Positions 42,201 to 56,300 of a stretch of 64,000 nucleotides of DNA are shown here, piece after piece. Every line of letters starts with the position of its first letter. Within the stretch, counting starts at the first letter, position 1. The stretch is taken from NCBI GenBank assembly GCA_964057225.1, contig CAXKVF010000084.1, forward strand, positions 254,764 through 318,763. Reading direction: 5' to 3'. This stretch comes from Auanema rhodensis. Taxonomy: Eukaryota; Animalia; Nematoda. A model generated the notes under the pieces. It made no database searches. It was not told where the DNA came from and saw only the letters and a list, made by a program, of their open reading frames with translations. Both the position numbers and the translations under genes were made by a program.

Positions 42201-44350
42201 TTTTAGACTAATATGGACATGGGGAATCTAATTTTGAAAACCACATCTCTTTATCTTTCACGTGAAGCGAGTTACATACCAAGTGCACATCACGTGTACA
42301 TTTAATTAGCATAAATTAAAGTTCACGTAAATTTCAAAGTCATGGTTACCATGAACCAATATCAATAAAAATTTGTTTTTAGACTAATATGGACATGGGG
42401 AATCTAATTTTGAAAACCGCATCTCTTTATCTTTCACGTGAAGCGAGTTACATACCAAGTGCACATCACGTGTACATTTAATTAGCATAAATTAAAGTTC
42501 ACGTAAATTTCAAAGTCATGGTTACCATGAACTAATATCAATAAAAATTTGTTTTTAGACTAATATGGACATGGGGAATCTAATTTTGAAAACCGCATCT
42601 CTTTATCTTTCACGTGAAGCGAGTTACATACCAAGTGCACATCACGTGTACATTTAATTAGCATAAATTAAAGTTCACGTAAATTTCAAAGTCATGGTTA
42701 CCATGAACCAATATCAATAAAAATTTGTTTTTAGACTAATATGGACATGGGGAATCTAATTTTGAAAACCGCATCTCTTTATCTTTCACGTGAAGCGAGT
42801 TACATACCAAGTGCACATCACGTGTACATTTAATTAGCATAAATTAAAGTTCACGTAAATTTCAAAGTCATGGTTACCATGAACCAATATCAATAAAAAT
42901 TTGTTTTTAGACTAATATGGACATGGGGAATCTAATTTTGAAAACCGCATCTCTTTATCTTTCACGTGAAGCGAGTTACATACCAAGTGCACATCACGTG
43001 TACATTTAATTAGCATAAATTAAAGTTCACGTAAATGTCAAAGTCATGGTTACCAAGAACCAATATCAATAAAAATTTGTTTTTAGACTAATATGGACAT
43101 GGGGAATCTAATTTTGAAAACCGCATCTCTTTATCTTTCACGTGAAGCGAGTTACATACCAAGTGCACATCACGTGTACATTTAATTAGCATAAATTAAA
43201 GTTCACGTAAATTTCAAAGTCATGGTTACCATGCACCAATATCAATAAAAATTTGTTTTTAGACTAATATGGACATGGGGAATCTAATTTTGAAAACCGC
43301 ATCTCTTTATCTTTCACGTGAAGCGAGTTACATACCAAGTGCACATCACGTGTACATTTAATTAGCATAAATTAAAGTTCACGTAAATTTCAAAGTCATG
43401 GTTACCATGCACCAATATCAATAAAAATTTGTTTTTAGACTAATATGGACATGGGGAATCTAATTTTGAAAACCGCATCTCTTTATCTTTCACGTGAAGC
43501 GAGTTACATACCAAGTGCACATCACGTGTACATTTAATTAGCATAAATTAAAGTTCACGTAAATTTCAAAGTCATGGTTACCATGAACCAATATCAATAA
43601 AAATTTGTTTTTAGACTAATATGGACATGGGGAATCTAATTTTGAAAACCGCATCTCTTCATCTTTCACGTGAAGCGAGTTACATACCAAGTGCACATCA
43701 CGTGTACATTTAATTAGCATAAATTAAAGTTCACGTAAATTTCAAAGTCATGGTTACCATGCACCAATATCAATAAAAATTTGTTTTTAGACTAATATGG
43801 ACATGGGGAATCTAATTTTGAAAACCGCATCTCTTTATCTTTCACGTGAAGCGAGTTACATACCAAGTGCACATCACGTGTACATTTAATTAGCATAAAT
43901 TAAAGTTCACGTAAATTTCAAAGTCATGGTTACCATGCACCAATATCAATAAAAATTTGTTTTTAGACTAATATGGACATGGGGAATCTAATTTTGAAAA
44001 CCGCATCTCTTTATCTTTCACGTGAAGCGAGTTACATACCAAGTGCACATCACGTGTACATTTAATTAGCATAAATTAAAGTTCACGTAAATTTCAAAGT
44101 CATGGTTACCATGAACCAATATCAATAAAAATTTGTTTTTAGACTAATATGGACATGGGGAATCTAATTTTGAAAACCGCATCTCTTCATCTTTCACGTG
44201 AAGCGAGTTACATACCAAGTGCACATCACGTGTACATTTAATTAGCATAAATTAAAGTTCACGTAAATTTCAAAGTCATGGTTACCATGAAGCAATATTA
44301 ATAAAAATTTGTTTTTAGACTAATATGGACATGGGGAATCTAATTTTGAA
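27278..44350 (+). repeat. Four copies of a variable-length super-unit (periods of 22, 19 and 29 monomers)
   Basis: G175A (ttttaaaaacc) at 27804, 31676, 35020 and 40124 gives offsets 3872, 3344 and 5104. Each is followed by the same ordered markers: accaagaacc, cttcatc, ccacatc, tacaatt. Confidence 0.88.
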
Positions 44351-44877
44351 AACCACATCTCTTTATCTTTCACGTGAAGCGAGTTACATACCAAGTGCAC
44401 ATCACGTGTACATTTAATTAGCATAAATTAAAGTTCACGTAAATTTCAAAGTCATGGTTACCATGAACCAATATCAATAAAAATTTGTTTTTAGACTAAT
44501 ATGGACATGGGGAATCTAATTTTGAAAACCGCATCTCTTCATCTTTCACGTGAAGCGAGTTACATACCAAGTGCACATCACGTGTACATTTAATTAGCAT
44601 AAATTAAAGTTCACGTATATTTCAAAGTCATGGTTACCATGAACTAATATCAATAAAAATTTGTTTTTAGACTAATATGGACATGGGGAATCTAATTTTG
44701 AAAACCGCATCTCTTTATCTTTCACGTGAAGCGAGTTACATACCAAGTGCACATCACGTGTACATTTAATTAGCATAAATTAAAGTTCACGTAAATTTCA
44801 AAGTCATGGTTACCATGAACCAATATCAATAAAAATTTGTTTTTAGACTAATATGGACATGGGGAATCTAATTTTGA

Positions 44878-46285
44878 AAACCGCATCTCTTTATCTTTCA
44901 CGTGAAGCGAGTTACATACCAAGTGCACATCACGTGTACATTTAATTAGCATAAATTAAAGTTCACGTAAATTTCAAAGTCATGGTTACCATGATGCAAT
45001 ATCAATAAAAATTTGTTTTTAGACTAATACGGACATGGGGAATCTAATTTTGAAAACCGCATCTCTTTATCTTTCACGTGAAGCGAGTTACATACCAAGT
45101 GCACATCACGTGTACATTTAATTAGCATAAATTAAAGTTCACGTAAATTTCAAAGTCATGGTTACCATGCACCAATATCAATAAAAATTTGTTTTTAGAC
45201 TAATATGGACATGGGGAATCTAATTTTGAAAACCGCATCTCTTTATCTTTCACGTGAAGCGAGTTACATACCAAGTGCACATCACGTGTACAATTAATTA
45301 GCATGAATTAAAGTTCACGTAAATTTCAAAGTCATGGTTACCATGAAGCAATATCAATAAAAATTTGTTTTTAGACTAATATGGACATGGGGAATCTAAT
45401 TTTGAAAACCGCATTTCTTTATCTTTCACGTGAAGCGAGTTACATACCAAGTGCACATCACGTGTACATTTAATTAGCATAAATTAAAGTTCACGTAAAT
45501 TTCAAAGTCATGGTTACCATGAAGCAATATCAATAAAAATTTGTTTTTAGACTAATATGGACATGGGGAATCTAATTTTGAAAACCGCATCTCTTTATCT
45601 TTCATGTGAAGCGAGTTACATACCAAGTGCACATCACGTGTACATTTAATTAGCATAAATTAAAGTTCACGTAAATTTCAAAGTCATGGTTACCATGATG
45701 CAATATCAATAAAAATTTGTTTTTAGACTAATACGGACATGGGGAATCTAATTTTGAAAACCGCATCTCTTTATCTTTCACGTGAAGCGAGTTACATACC
45801 AAGTGCACATCACGTGTACATTTAATTAGCATAAATTAAAGTTCACGTAAATTTCAAAGTCATGGTTACCATGCACCAATATCAATAAAAATTTGTTTTT
45901 AGACTAATATGGACATGGGGAATCTAATTTTGAAAACCGCATCTCTTTATCTTTCACGTGAAGCGAGTTACATACCAAGTGCACATCACGTGTACAATTA
46001 ATTAGCATGAATTAAAGTTCACGTAAATTTCAAAGTCATGGTTACCATGAAGCAATATCAATAAAAATTTGTTTTTAGACTAATATGGACATGGGGAATC
46101 TAATTTTGAAAACCGCATTTCTTTATCTTTCACGTGAAGCGAGTTACATACCAAGTGCACATCACGTGTACATTTAATTAGCATAAATTAAAGTTCACGT
46201 AAAATTCAAAGTCATGGTTACCATGAACCAATATCAATAAAAATTTGTTTTTAGACTAAAATGGACATGGGGAATCTAATTTTGA
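44878..46285 (+). repeat. Tandem duplication of a 4-monomer block (704 bp)
   Basis: atgatgc at 44995 and 45699; aatacgg at 45030 and 45734; gcatgaatt at 45305 and 46009. Confidence 0.88.
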
Positions 46286-48925
46286 AAACCGCATCTCTTT
46301 ATCTTTCACGTGAAGCGAGTTACATACCAAGTGCACATCACGTGTACATTTAATTAGCATTAATTAAAGTTCACGTAAATTTCAAAGTCATGGTTACCAT
46401 GAACCAATATCAATAAAAATTTGTTTTTAGACTAATATGGACATGGGGAATCTAATTTTGAAAACCGCATCTCTTTATCTTTCACGTGAAGCGAGTTACA
46501 TACCAAGTGCACATCACGTGTACATTTAATTAGCATAAATTAAAGTTCACGTATATTTCAAAGTCATGGTTACCATGAACTAATATCAATAAAAATTTGT
46601 TTTTAGACTAATATGGACATGGGGAATCTAATTTTGAAAACCGCATCTCTTTATCTTTCACGTGAAGCGAGTTACATACCAAGTGCACATCACGTGTACA
46701 TTTAATTAGCATAAATTAAAGTTCACGTAAATTTCAAAGTCATGGTTACCATGAACCAATATCAATAAAAATTTGTTTTTAGACTAATATGGACATGGGG
46801 AATCTAATTTTGAAAACCGCATCTCTTTATCTTTCACGTGAAGCGAGTTACATACCAAGTGCACATCACGTGTACATTTAATTAGCATAAATTAAAGTTC
46901 ACGTAAATTTCAAAGTCATGGTTACCATGCACCAATATCAATAAAAATTTGTTTTTAGACTAATATGGACATGGGGAATCTAATTTTGAAAACCGCATCT
47001 CTTTTTCTTTCACGTGAAGCGAGTTACATACCAAGTGCACATCACGTGTACATTTAATTAGCATAAATTAAAGTTCACGTAAATTTCAAAGTCATGGTTA
47101 CCATGCACCAATATCAATAAAAATTTGTTTTTAGACTAATATGGACATGGGGAATCTAATTTTGAAAACCGCATCTCTTTATCTTTCACGTGAAGCGAGT
47201 TACATACCAAGTGCACATCACGTGTACAATTAATTAGCATTAATTAAAGTTCACGTAAATTTCAAAGTCATGGTTACCATGAAGCAATATCAATAAAAAT
47301 TTGTTTTTAGACTAATATGGACATGGGGAATCTAATTTTGAAAACCACATCTCTTTATCTTTCACGTGAAGCGAGTTACATACCAAGTGCACATCACGTG
47401 TATATTTAATTAGCATAAATTAAAGTTCACGTAAATTTCAAAGTCATGGTTACCATGAACCAATATCAATAAAAATTTGTTTTTAGACTAATATGGACAT
47501 GGGGAATCTAATTTTGAAAACCGCATCTCTTTATCTTTCACGTGAAGCGAGTTACATACCAAGTGCACATCACGTGTACAATTAATTAGCATTAATTAAA
47601 GTTCACGTAAATTTCAAAGTCATGGTTACCATGAAGCAATATCAATAAAAATTTGTTTTTAGACTAATATGGACATGGGGAATCTAATTTTGAAAACCAC
47701 ATCTCTTTATCTTTCACGTGAAGCGAGTTACATACCAAGTGCACATCACGTGTATATTTAATTAGCATAAATTAAAGTTCACGTAAATTTCAAAGTCATG
47801 GTTACCATGAACCAATATCAATAAAAATTTGTTTTTAGACTAATATGGACATGGGGAATCTAATTTTGAAAACCGCATCTCTTTATCTTTCACGTGAAGC
47901 GAGTTACATACCAAGTGCACATCACGTGTACATTTAATTAGCATAAATTAAAGTTCACGTAAATTTCAAAGTCATGGTTACCATGCACCAATATCAATAA
48001 AAATTTGTTTTTAGACTAATATGGACATGGGGAATCTAATTTTGAAAACCGCATCTCTTTATCTTTCACGTGAAGCGAGTTACATACCAAGTGCACATCA
48101 CGTGTACAATTAATTAGCATAAATTAAAGTTCACGTAAATTTCAAAGTCATGGTTACCATGAAGCAATATCAATAAAAATTTGTTTTTAGACTAATATGG
48201 ACATGGGGAATCTAATTTTGAAAACCACATCTCTTTATCTTTCACGTGAAGCGAGTTACATACCAAGTGCACATCACGTGTACATTTAATTAGCATAAAT
48301 TAAAGTTCACGTAAATTTCAAAGTCATGGTTACCATGAACCAATATCAATAAAAATTTGTTTTTAGACTAATATGGACATGGGGAATCTAATTTTGAAAA
48401 CCGCATCTCTTTATCTTTCACGTGAAGCGAGTTACATACCAAGTGCACATCACGTGTACATTTAATTAGCATAAATTAAAGTTCACGTAAATTTCAAAGT
48501 CATGGTTACCATGAACCAATATCAATAAAAATTTGTTCTTAGACTAATATGGACATGGGGAATCTAATTTTGAAAACCGCATCTCTTTATCTTTCACGTG
48601 AAGCGAGTTACATACCAAGTGCACATCACGTGTACATTTAATTAGCATAAATTAAAGTTCACGTAAATTTCAAAGTCATGGTTACCATGAACCAATATCA
48701 ATAAAAATTTGTTTTTAGACTAATATGGACATGGGGAATCTAATTTTGAAAACCGCATCTCTTTATCTTTCACGTGAAGCGAGTTACATACCAAGTGCAC
48801 ATCACGTGTACATTTAATTAGCATAAATTAAAGTTCACGTAAATTTCAAAGTCATGGTTACCATGCACCAATATCAATAAAAATTTGTTTTTAGACTAAT
48901 ATGGACATGGGGAATCTAATTTTGA

Positions 48926-49062
48926 AAACCGCATCTCTTTATCTTTCACGTTGAGCGAGTTACATACCAAGTGCACATCACGTGTACATTTAATTAGCAT
49001 GAATTAAAGTTCACGTAAATTTTGTTTTTAGACTAATATGGACATGGGGAATCTAATTTTGA
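48926..49062 (+). repeat. Truncated 137-bp monomer (39-bp internal deletion), copy 1
   Basis: The junction reads tcacgtaaattttgtttttag and the next monomer starts at 49063. Confidence 0.95.
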
Positions 49063-50646
49063 AAACCGCATCTCTTTATCTTCCACGTGAAGCGAGTTAC
49101 ATACCAAGTGCACATCACGTGTACATTTAATTAGCAAAAATTAAAGTTCACGTAAATTTCAAAGTCATGGTTACCATGAACCAATATCAATAAAAATTTG
49201 TTTTTAGACTAATATGGACATGGGGAATCTAATTTTGGAAACCGCATCTCTTTATCTTTCACGTGAAGCGAGTTACATACCAAGTGCACATCACGTGTAC
49301 ATTTAATTAGCATAAATTAGAGTTCACGTAAATTTCAAAGTCATGGTTACCATGAACCAATATCAATAAAAATTTGTTTTTAGACTAATATGGACATGGG
49401 GAATCTAATTTTGAAAACCGCATCTCTTTATCTTTCACGTGAAGCGAGTTACATACCAAGTGCACATCACGTGTACATTTAATTAGCATAAATTAAAGTT
49501 CACGTAAATTTCAAAGTCATGGTTACCATGAACCAATATCAATAAAAATTTGTTCTTAGACTAATATGGACATGGGGAATCTAATTTTGAAAACCGCATC
49601 TCTTTATCTTTCACGTGAAGCGAGTTACATACCAAGTGCACATCACGTGTACATTTAATTAGCATAAATTAAAGTTCACGTAAATTTCAAAGTCATGGTT
49701 ACCATGAACCAATATCAATAAAAATTTGTTTTTAGACTAATATGGACATGGGGAATCTAATTTTGAAAACCGCATCTCTTTATCTTTCACGTGAAGCGAG
49801 TTACATACCAAGTGCACATCACGTGTACATTTAATTAGCATAAATTAAAGTTCACGTAAATTTCAAAGTCATGGTTACCATGAACCAATATCAATAAAAA
49901 TTTGTTTTTAGACTAATATGGACATGGGAAATCTAATTTTGAAAACCGCATCTCTTCATCTTTCACGTGAAGCGAGTTACATACCAAGTGCACATCACGT
50001 GTACATTTAATTAGCATAAATTAAAGTTCACGTATATTCCAAAGTCATGGTTACCATGAACTAATATCAATAAAAATTTGTTTTTAGACTAATATGGACA
50101 TGGGGAATCTAATTTTGAAAACCGCATCTCTTTATCTTTCACGTGAAGCGAGTTACATACCAAGTGCACATCACGTGTACATTTAATTAGCATAAATTAA
50201 AGTTCACGTAAATTTCAAAGTCATGGTTACCATGAACCAATATCAATAAAAATTTGTTCTTAGACTAATGTGGACATGGGGAATCTAATTTTGAAAACCG
50301 CATCTCTTTATCTTTCACGTGAAGCGAGTTACATACCAAGTGCACATCACGTGTACATTTAATTAGCATAAATTAAAGTTCACGTAAATTTCAAAGTCAT
50401 GGTTACCATGAACCAATATCAATAAAAATTTGTTTTTAGACTAATATGGACATGGGGAATCTAATTTTGAAAACCGCATCTCTTTATCTTTCACGTGAAG
50501 CGAGTTACATACCAAGTGCACATCACGTGTACATTTAATTAGCATAAATTAAAGTTCACGTAAATTTCAAAGTCATGGTTACCATGCACCAATATCAATA
50601 AAAATTTGTTTTTAGACTAATATGGACATGGGGAATCTAATTTTGA

Positions 50647-50783
50647 AAACCGCATCTCTTTATCTTTCACGTTGAGCGAGTTACATACCAAGTGCACATC
50701 ACGTGTACATTTAATTAGCATGAATTAAAGTTCACGTAAATTTTGTTTTTAGACTAATATGGACATGGGGAATCTAATTTTGA
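50647..50783 (+). repeat. Truncated 137-bp monomer, copy 2
   Basis: Same junction and same linked substitutions (cacgttgag, gcatgaatt) as copy 1. Confidence 0.95.
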
Positions 50784-52542
50784 AAACCGCATCTCTTTAT
50801 CTTCCACGTGAAGCGAGTTACATACCAAGTGCACATCACGTGTACATTTAATTAGCAAAAATTAAAGTTCACGTAAATTTCAAAGTCATGGTTACCATGA
50901 ACCAATATCAATAAAAATTTGTTTTTAGACTAATATGGACATGGGGAATCTAATTTTGGAAACCGCATCTCTTTATCTTTCACGTGAAGCGAGTTACATA
51001 CCAAGTGCACATCACGTGTACATTTAATTAGCATAAATTAAAGTTCACGTAAATTTCAAAGTCATGGTTACCATGAACCAATATCAATAAAAATTTGTTT
51101 TTAGACTAATATGGACATGGGGAATCTAATTTTGAAAACCGCATCTCTTTATCTTTCACGTGAAGCGAGTTACATACCAAGTGCACATCACGTGTACATT
51201 TAATTAGCATAAATTACAGTTCACGTAAATTTCAAAGTCATGGTTACCATGAACCAATATCAATAAAAATTTGTTCTTAGACTAATATGGACATGGGGAA
51301 TCTAATTTTGAAAACCGCATCTCTTTATCTTTCACGTGAAGCGAGTTACATACCAAGTGCACATCACGTGTACATTTAATTAGCATAAATTAAAGTTCAC
51401 GTAAATTTCAAAGTCATGGTTACCATGAACCAATATCAATAAAAATTTGTTTTTAGACTAATATGGACATGGGGAATCTAATTTTGAAAACCGCATCTCT
51501 TTATCTTTCACGTGAAGCGAGTTACATACCAAGTGCACATCACGTGTACATTTAATTAGCATAAATTAAAGTTCACGTAAATTTCAAAGTCATGGTTACC
51601 ATGAACCAATATCAATAAAAATTTGTTTTTAGACTAATATGGACATGGGAAATCTAATTTTGAAAACCGCATCTCTTCATCTTTCACGTGAAGCGAGTTA
51701 CATACCAAGTGCACATCACGTGTACATTTAATTAGCATAAATTAAAGTTCACGTATATTCCAAAGTCATGGTTACCATGAACTAATATCAATAAAAATTT
51801 GTTTTTAGACTAATATGGACATGGGGAATCTAATTTTGAAAACCGCATCTCTTTATCTTTCACGTGAAGCGAGTTACATACCAAGTGCACATCACGTGTA
51901 CATTTAATTAGCATAAATTAAAGTTCACGTAAATTTCAAAGTCATGGTTACCATGAACCAATATCAATAAAAATTTGTTTTTAGACTAATATGGACATGG
52001 GGAATCTAATTTTGAAAACCGCATCTCTTTATCTTTCACGTGAAGCGAGTTACATACCAAGTGCACATCACGTGTACATTTAATTAGCATAAATTAAAGT
52101 TCACGTAAATTTCAAAGTCATGGTTACCATGAACCAATATCAATAAAAATTTGTTCTTAGACTAATATGGACATGGGGAATCTAATTTTGAAAACCGCAT
52201 CTCTTTATCTTTCACGTGAAGCGAGTTACATACCAAGTGCACATCACGTGTACATTTAATTAGCATAAATTAAAGTTCACGTAAATTTCAAAGTCATGGT
52301 TACCATGAACCAATATCAATAAAAATTTGTTTTTAGACTAATATGGACATGGGGAATCTAATTTTGAAAACCGCATCTCTTTATCTTTCACGTGAAGCGA
52401 GTTACATACCAAGTGCACATCACGTGTACATTTAATTAGCATAAATTAAAGTTCACGTAAATTTCAAAGTCATGGTTACCATGCACCAATATCAATAAAA
52501 TTTGTTTTTAGACTAATATGGACATGGGGAATCTAATTTTGA

Positions 52543-52679
52543 AAACCGCATCTCTTTATCTTTCACGTTGAGCGAGTTACATACCAAGTGCACATCACGT
52601 GTACATTTAATTAGCATGAATTAAAGTTCACGTAAATTTTGTTTTTAGACTAATATGGACATGGGGAATCTAATTTTGA
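52543..52679 (+). repeat. Truncated 137-bp monomer, copy 3
   Basis: Same junction and same linked substitutions as copies 1 and 2. Confidence 0.95.
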
Positions 52680-53383
52680 AAACCGCATCTCTTTATCTTC
52701 CACGTGAAGCGAGTTACATACCAAGTGCACATCACGTGTACATTTAATTAGCAAAAATTAAAGTTCACGTAAATTTCAAAGTCATGGTTACCATGAACCA
52801 ATATCAATAAAAATTTGTTTTTAGACTAATATGGACATGGGGAATCTAATTTTGGAAACCGCATCTCTTTATCTTTCACGTGAAGCGAGTTACATACCAA
52901 GTGCACATCACGTGTACATTTAATTAGCATAAATTAGAGTTCACGTAAATTTCAAAGTCATGGTTACCATGAACCAATATCAATAAAAATTTGTTTTTAG
53001 ACTAATATGGACATGGGGAATCTAATTTTGAAAACCGCATCTCTTTATCTTTCACGTGAAGCGAGTTACATACCAAGTGCACATCACGTGTACATTTAAT
53101 TAGCATAAATTAAAGTTCACGTAAATTTCAAAGTCATGGTTACCATGAACCAATATCAATAAAAATTTGTTCTTAGACTAATATGGACATGGGGAATCTA
53201 ATTTTGAAAACCGCATCTCTTTATCTTTCACGTGAAGCGAGTTACATACCAAGTGCACATCACGTGTACATTTAATTAGCATAAATTAAAGTTCACGTAA
53301 ATTTCAAAGTCATGGTTACCATGAACCAATATCAATAAAAATTTGTTTTTAGACTAATATGGACATGGGGAATCTAATTTTGA

Positions 53384-56300
53384 AAACCGCATCTCTTTAT
53401 CTTTCACGTGAAGCGAGTTACATACCAAGTGCACATCACGTGTACATTTAATTAGCATAAATTAAAGTTCACGTAAATTTCAAAGTCATGGTTACCATGA
53501 ACCAATATCAATAAAAATTTGTTTTTAGACTAATATGGACATGGGAAATCTAATTTTGAAAACCGCATCTCTTCATCTTTCACGTGAAGCGAGTTACATA
53601 CCAAGTGCACATCACGTGTACATTTAATTAGCATAAATTAAAGTTCACGTATATTCCAAAGTCATGGTTACCATGAACTAATATCAATAAAAATTTGTTT
53701 TTAGACTAATATGGACATGGGGAATCTAATTTTGAAAACCGCATCTCTTTATCTTTCACGTGAAGCGAGTTACATACCAAGTGCACATCACGTGTACATT
53801 TAATTAGCATAAATTAAAGTTCACGTAAATTTCAAAGTCATGGTTACCATGAACCAATATCAATAAAAATTTGTTTTTAGACTAATATGGACATGGGGAA
53901 TCTAATTTTGAACACCGCATCTCTTTATCTTTCACGTGAAGCGAGTTACATACCAAGTGCACATCACGTGTACATTTAATTAGCATAAATTAAAGTTCAC
54001 GTAAATTTCAAAGTCATGGTTACCATGAACCAATATCAATAAAAATTTGTTTTTAGACTAATATGGACATGGGGAATCTAATTTTGAAAACCGCATCTCT
54101 TTATCTTTCACGTGAAGCGAGTTACATACCAAGTGCACATCACGTGTACATTTAATTAGCATAAATTAAAGTTCACGTAAATTTCAAAGTCATGGTTACC
54201 ATGAACCAATATCAATAAAAATTTGTTTTTAGACTAATATGGACATGGGGAATCTAATTTTGAAAACCGCATCTCTTTATCTTTCACGTGAAGCGAGTTA
54301 CATACCAAGTGCACATCACGTGTACATTTAATTAGCATAAATTAAAGTTCACGTAAATTTCAAAGTCATGGTTACCATGAACCAATATCAATAAAAATTT
54401 GTTTTTAGACTAATATGGACATGGGGAATCTAATTTTGAAAACCGCATCTCTTTATCTTTCACGTGAAGCGAGTTACATACCAAGTGCACATCACGTGTA
54501 CATTTAATTAGCATAAATTAAAGTTCACGTAAATTTCAAAGTCATGGTTACCATGCACCAATATCAATAAAAATTTGTTTTTAGACTAATATGGACATGG
54601 GGAATCTAATTTTGAAAACCGCATCTCTTTATCTTTCACGTGAAGCGAGTTACATACCAAGTGCACATCACGTGTACATTTAATTAGCATAAATTAAAGT
54701 TCACGTAAATTTCAAAGTCATGGTTACCATGCACCAATATCAATAAAAATTTGTTTTTAGACTAATATGGACATGGGGAATCTAATTTTGAAAACCGCAT
54801 CTCTTTATCTTTCACGTGAAGCGAGTTACATACCAAGTGCACATCACGTGTACATTTAATTAGCATAAATTAAAGTTCACGTAAATTTCAAAGTCATGGT
54901 TACCATGAAGCAATATCAATAAAAATTTGTTTTTAGACTAATATGGACATGGGGAATCTAATTTTGAAAACCGCATCTCTTTATCTTTCACGTGAAACGA
55001 GTTACATACCAAGTGCACATCACGTGTACATTTAATTAGCATAAATTAAAGTTCACGTAAATTTCAAAGTCATGGTTACCATGAACCAATATCAATAAAA
55101 ATTTGTTTTTAGACTAATATGGACATGGGGAATCTAATTTTGAAAACCGCATCTCTTTATCTTTCACGTGAAGCGAGTTACATACCAAGTGCACATCATG
55201 TGTACATTTAATTAGCATAAATTAAAGTTCACGTAAATTTCAAAGTCATGGTTACCATGCACCAATATCAATAAAAATTTGTTTTTAGACTAATATGGAC
55301 ATGGGGAATCTAATTTTGAAAACCGCATCTCTTTATCTTTCACGTGAAGCGAGTTACATACCAAGTGCACATCACGTGTACATTTAATTAGCATAAATTA
55401 AAGTTCACGTAAATTTCAAAGTCATGGTTACCATGAACCAATATCAATAAAAATTTGTTTTTAGACTAATATGGACATGGGGAATCTAATTTTGAAAACC
55501 GCATCTCTTTATCTTTCACGTGAAGCGAGTTACATACCAAGTGCACATCACGTGTACATTTAATTAGCATAAATTAAAGTTCACGTAAATTTCAAAGTCA
55601 TGGTTACCATGAACCAATATCAATAAAAATTTGTTTTTAGACTAATATGGACATGGGAAATCTAATTTTGAAAACCGCATCTCTTCATCTTTCACGTGAA
55701 GCGAGTTACATACCAAGTGCACATCACGTGTACATTTAATTAGCATAAATTAAAGTTCACGTAAATTTCAAAGTCATGGTTACCATGCACCAATATCAAT
55801 AAAAATTTGTTTTTAGACTAATATGGACATGGGGAATCTAATTTTGAAAACCGCATCTCTTTATCTTTCACGTGAAGCGAGTTACATACCAAGTGCACAT
55901 CACGTGTACATTTAATTAGCATAAATTAAAGTTCACGTAAATTTCAAAGTCATGGTTACCATGCACCAATATCAATAAAAATTTGTTTTTAGACTAATAT
56001 GGACATGGGGAATCTAATTTTGAAAACCGCATCTCTTTATCTTTCACGTGAAGCGAGTTACATACCAAGTGCACATCACGTGTACATTTAATTAGCATAA
56101 ATTAAAGTTCACGTAAATTTCAAAGTCATGGTTACCATGAAGCAATATCAATAAAAATTTGTTTTTAGACTAATATGGACATGGGGAATCTAATTTTGAA
56201 AACCGCATCTCTTTATCTTTCACGTGAAACGAGTTACATACCAAGTGCACATCACGTGTACATTTAATTAGCATAAATTAAAGTTCACGTAAATTTCAAA

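Larger units (their letters stand above)
48398..53735 (+). repeat. Three copies of a 10/11-monomer higher-order repeat, each containing a 137-bp deletion monomer
   Basis: Deletion monomers start at 48926, 50647 and 52543. Offsets are 1721 (137 + 9 x 176) and 1896 (137 + 10 x 176 - 1). Shared markers are ttccacg, gcaaaaatt, ttttggaaacc, gttcttag and atattcc. Confidence 0.92.
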
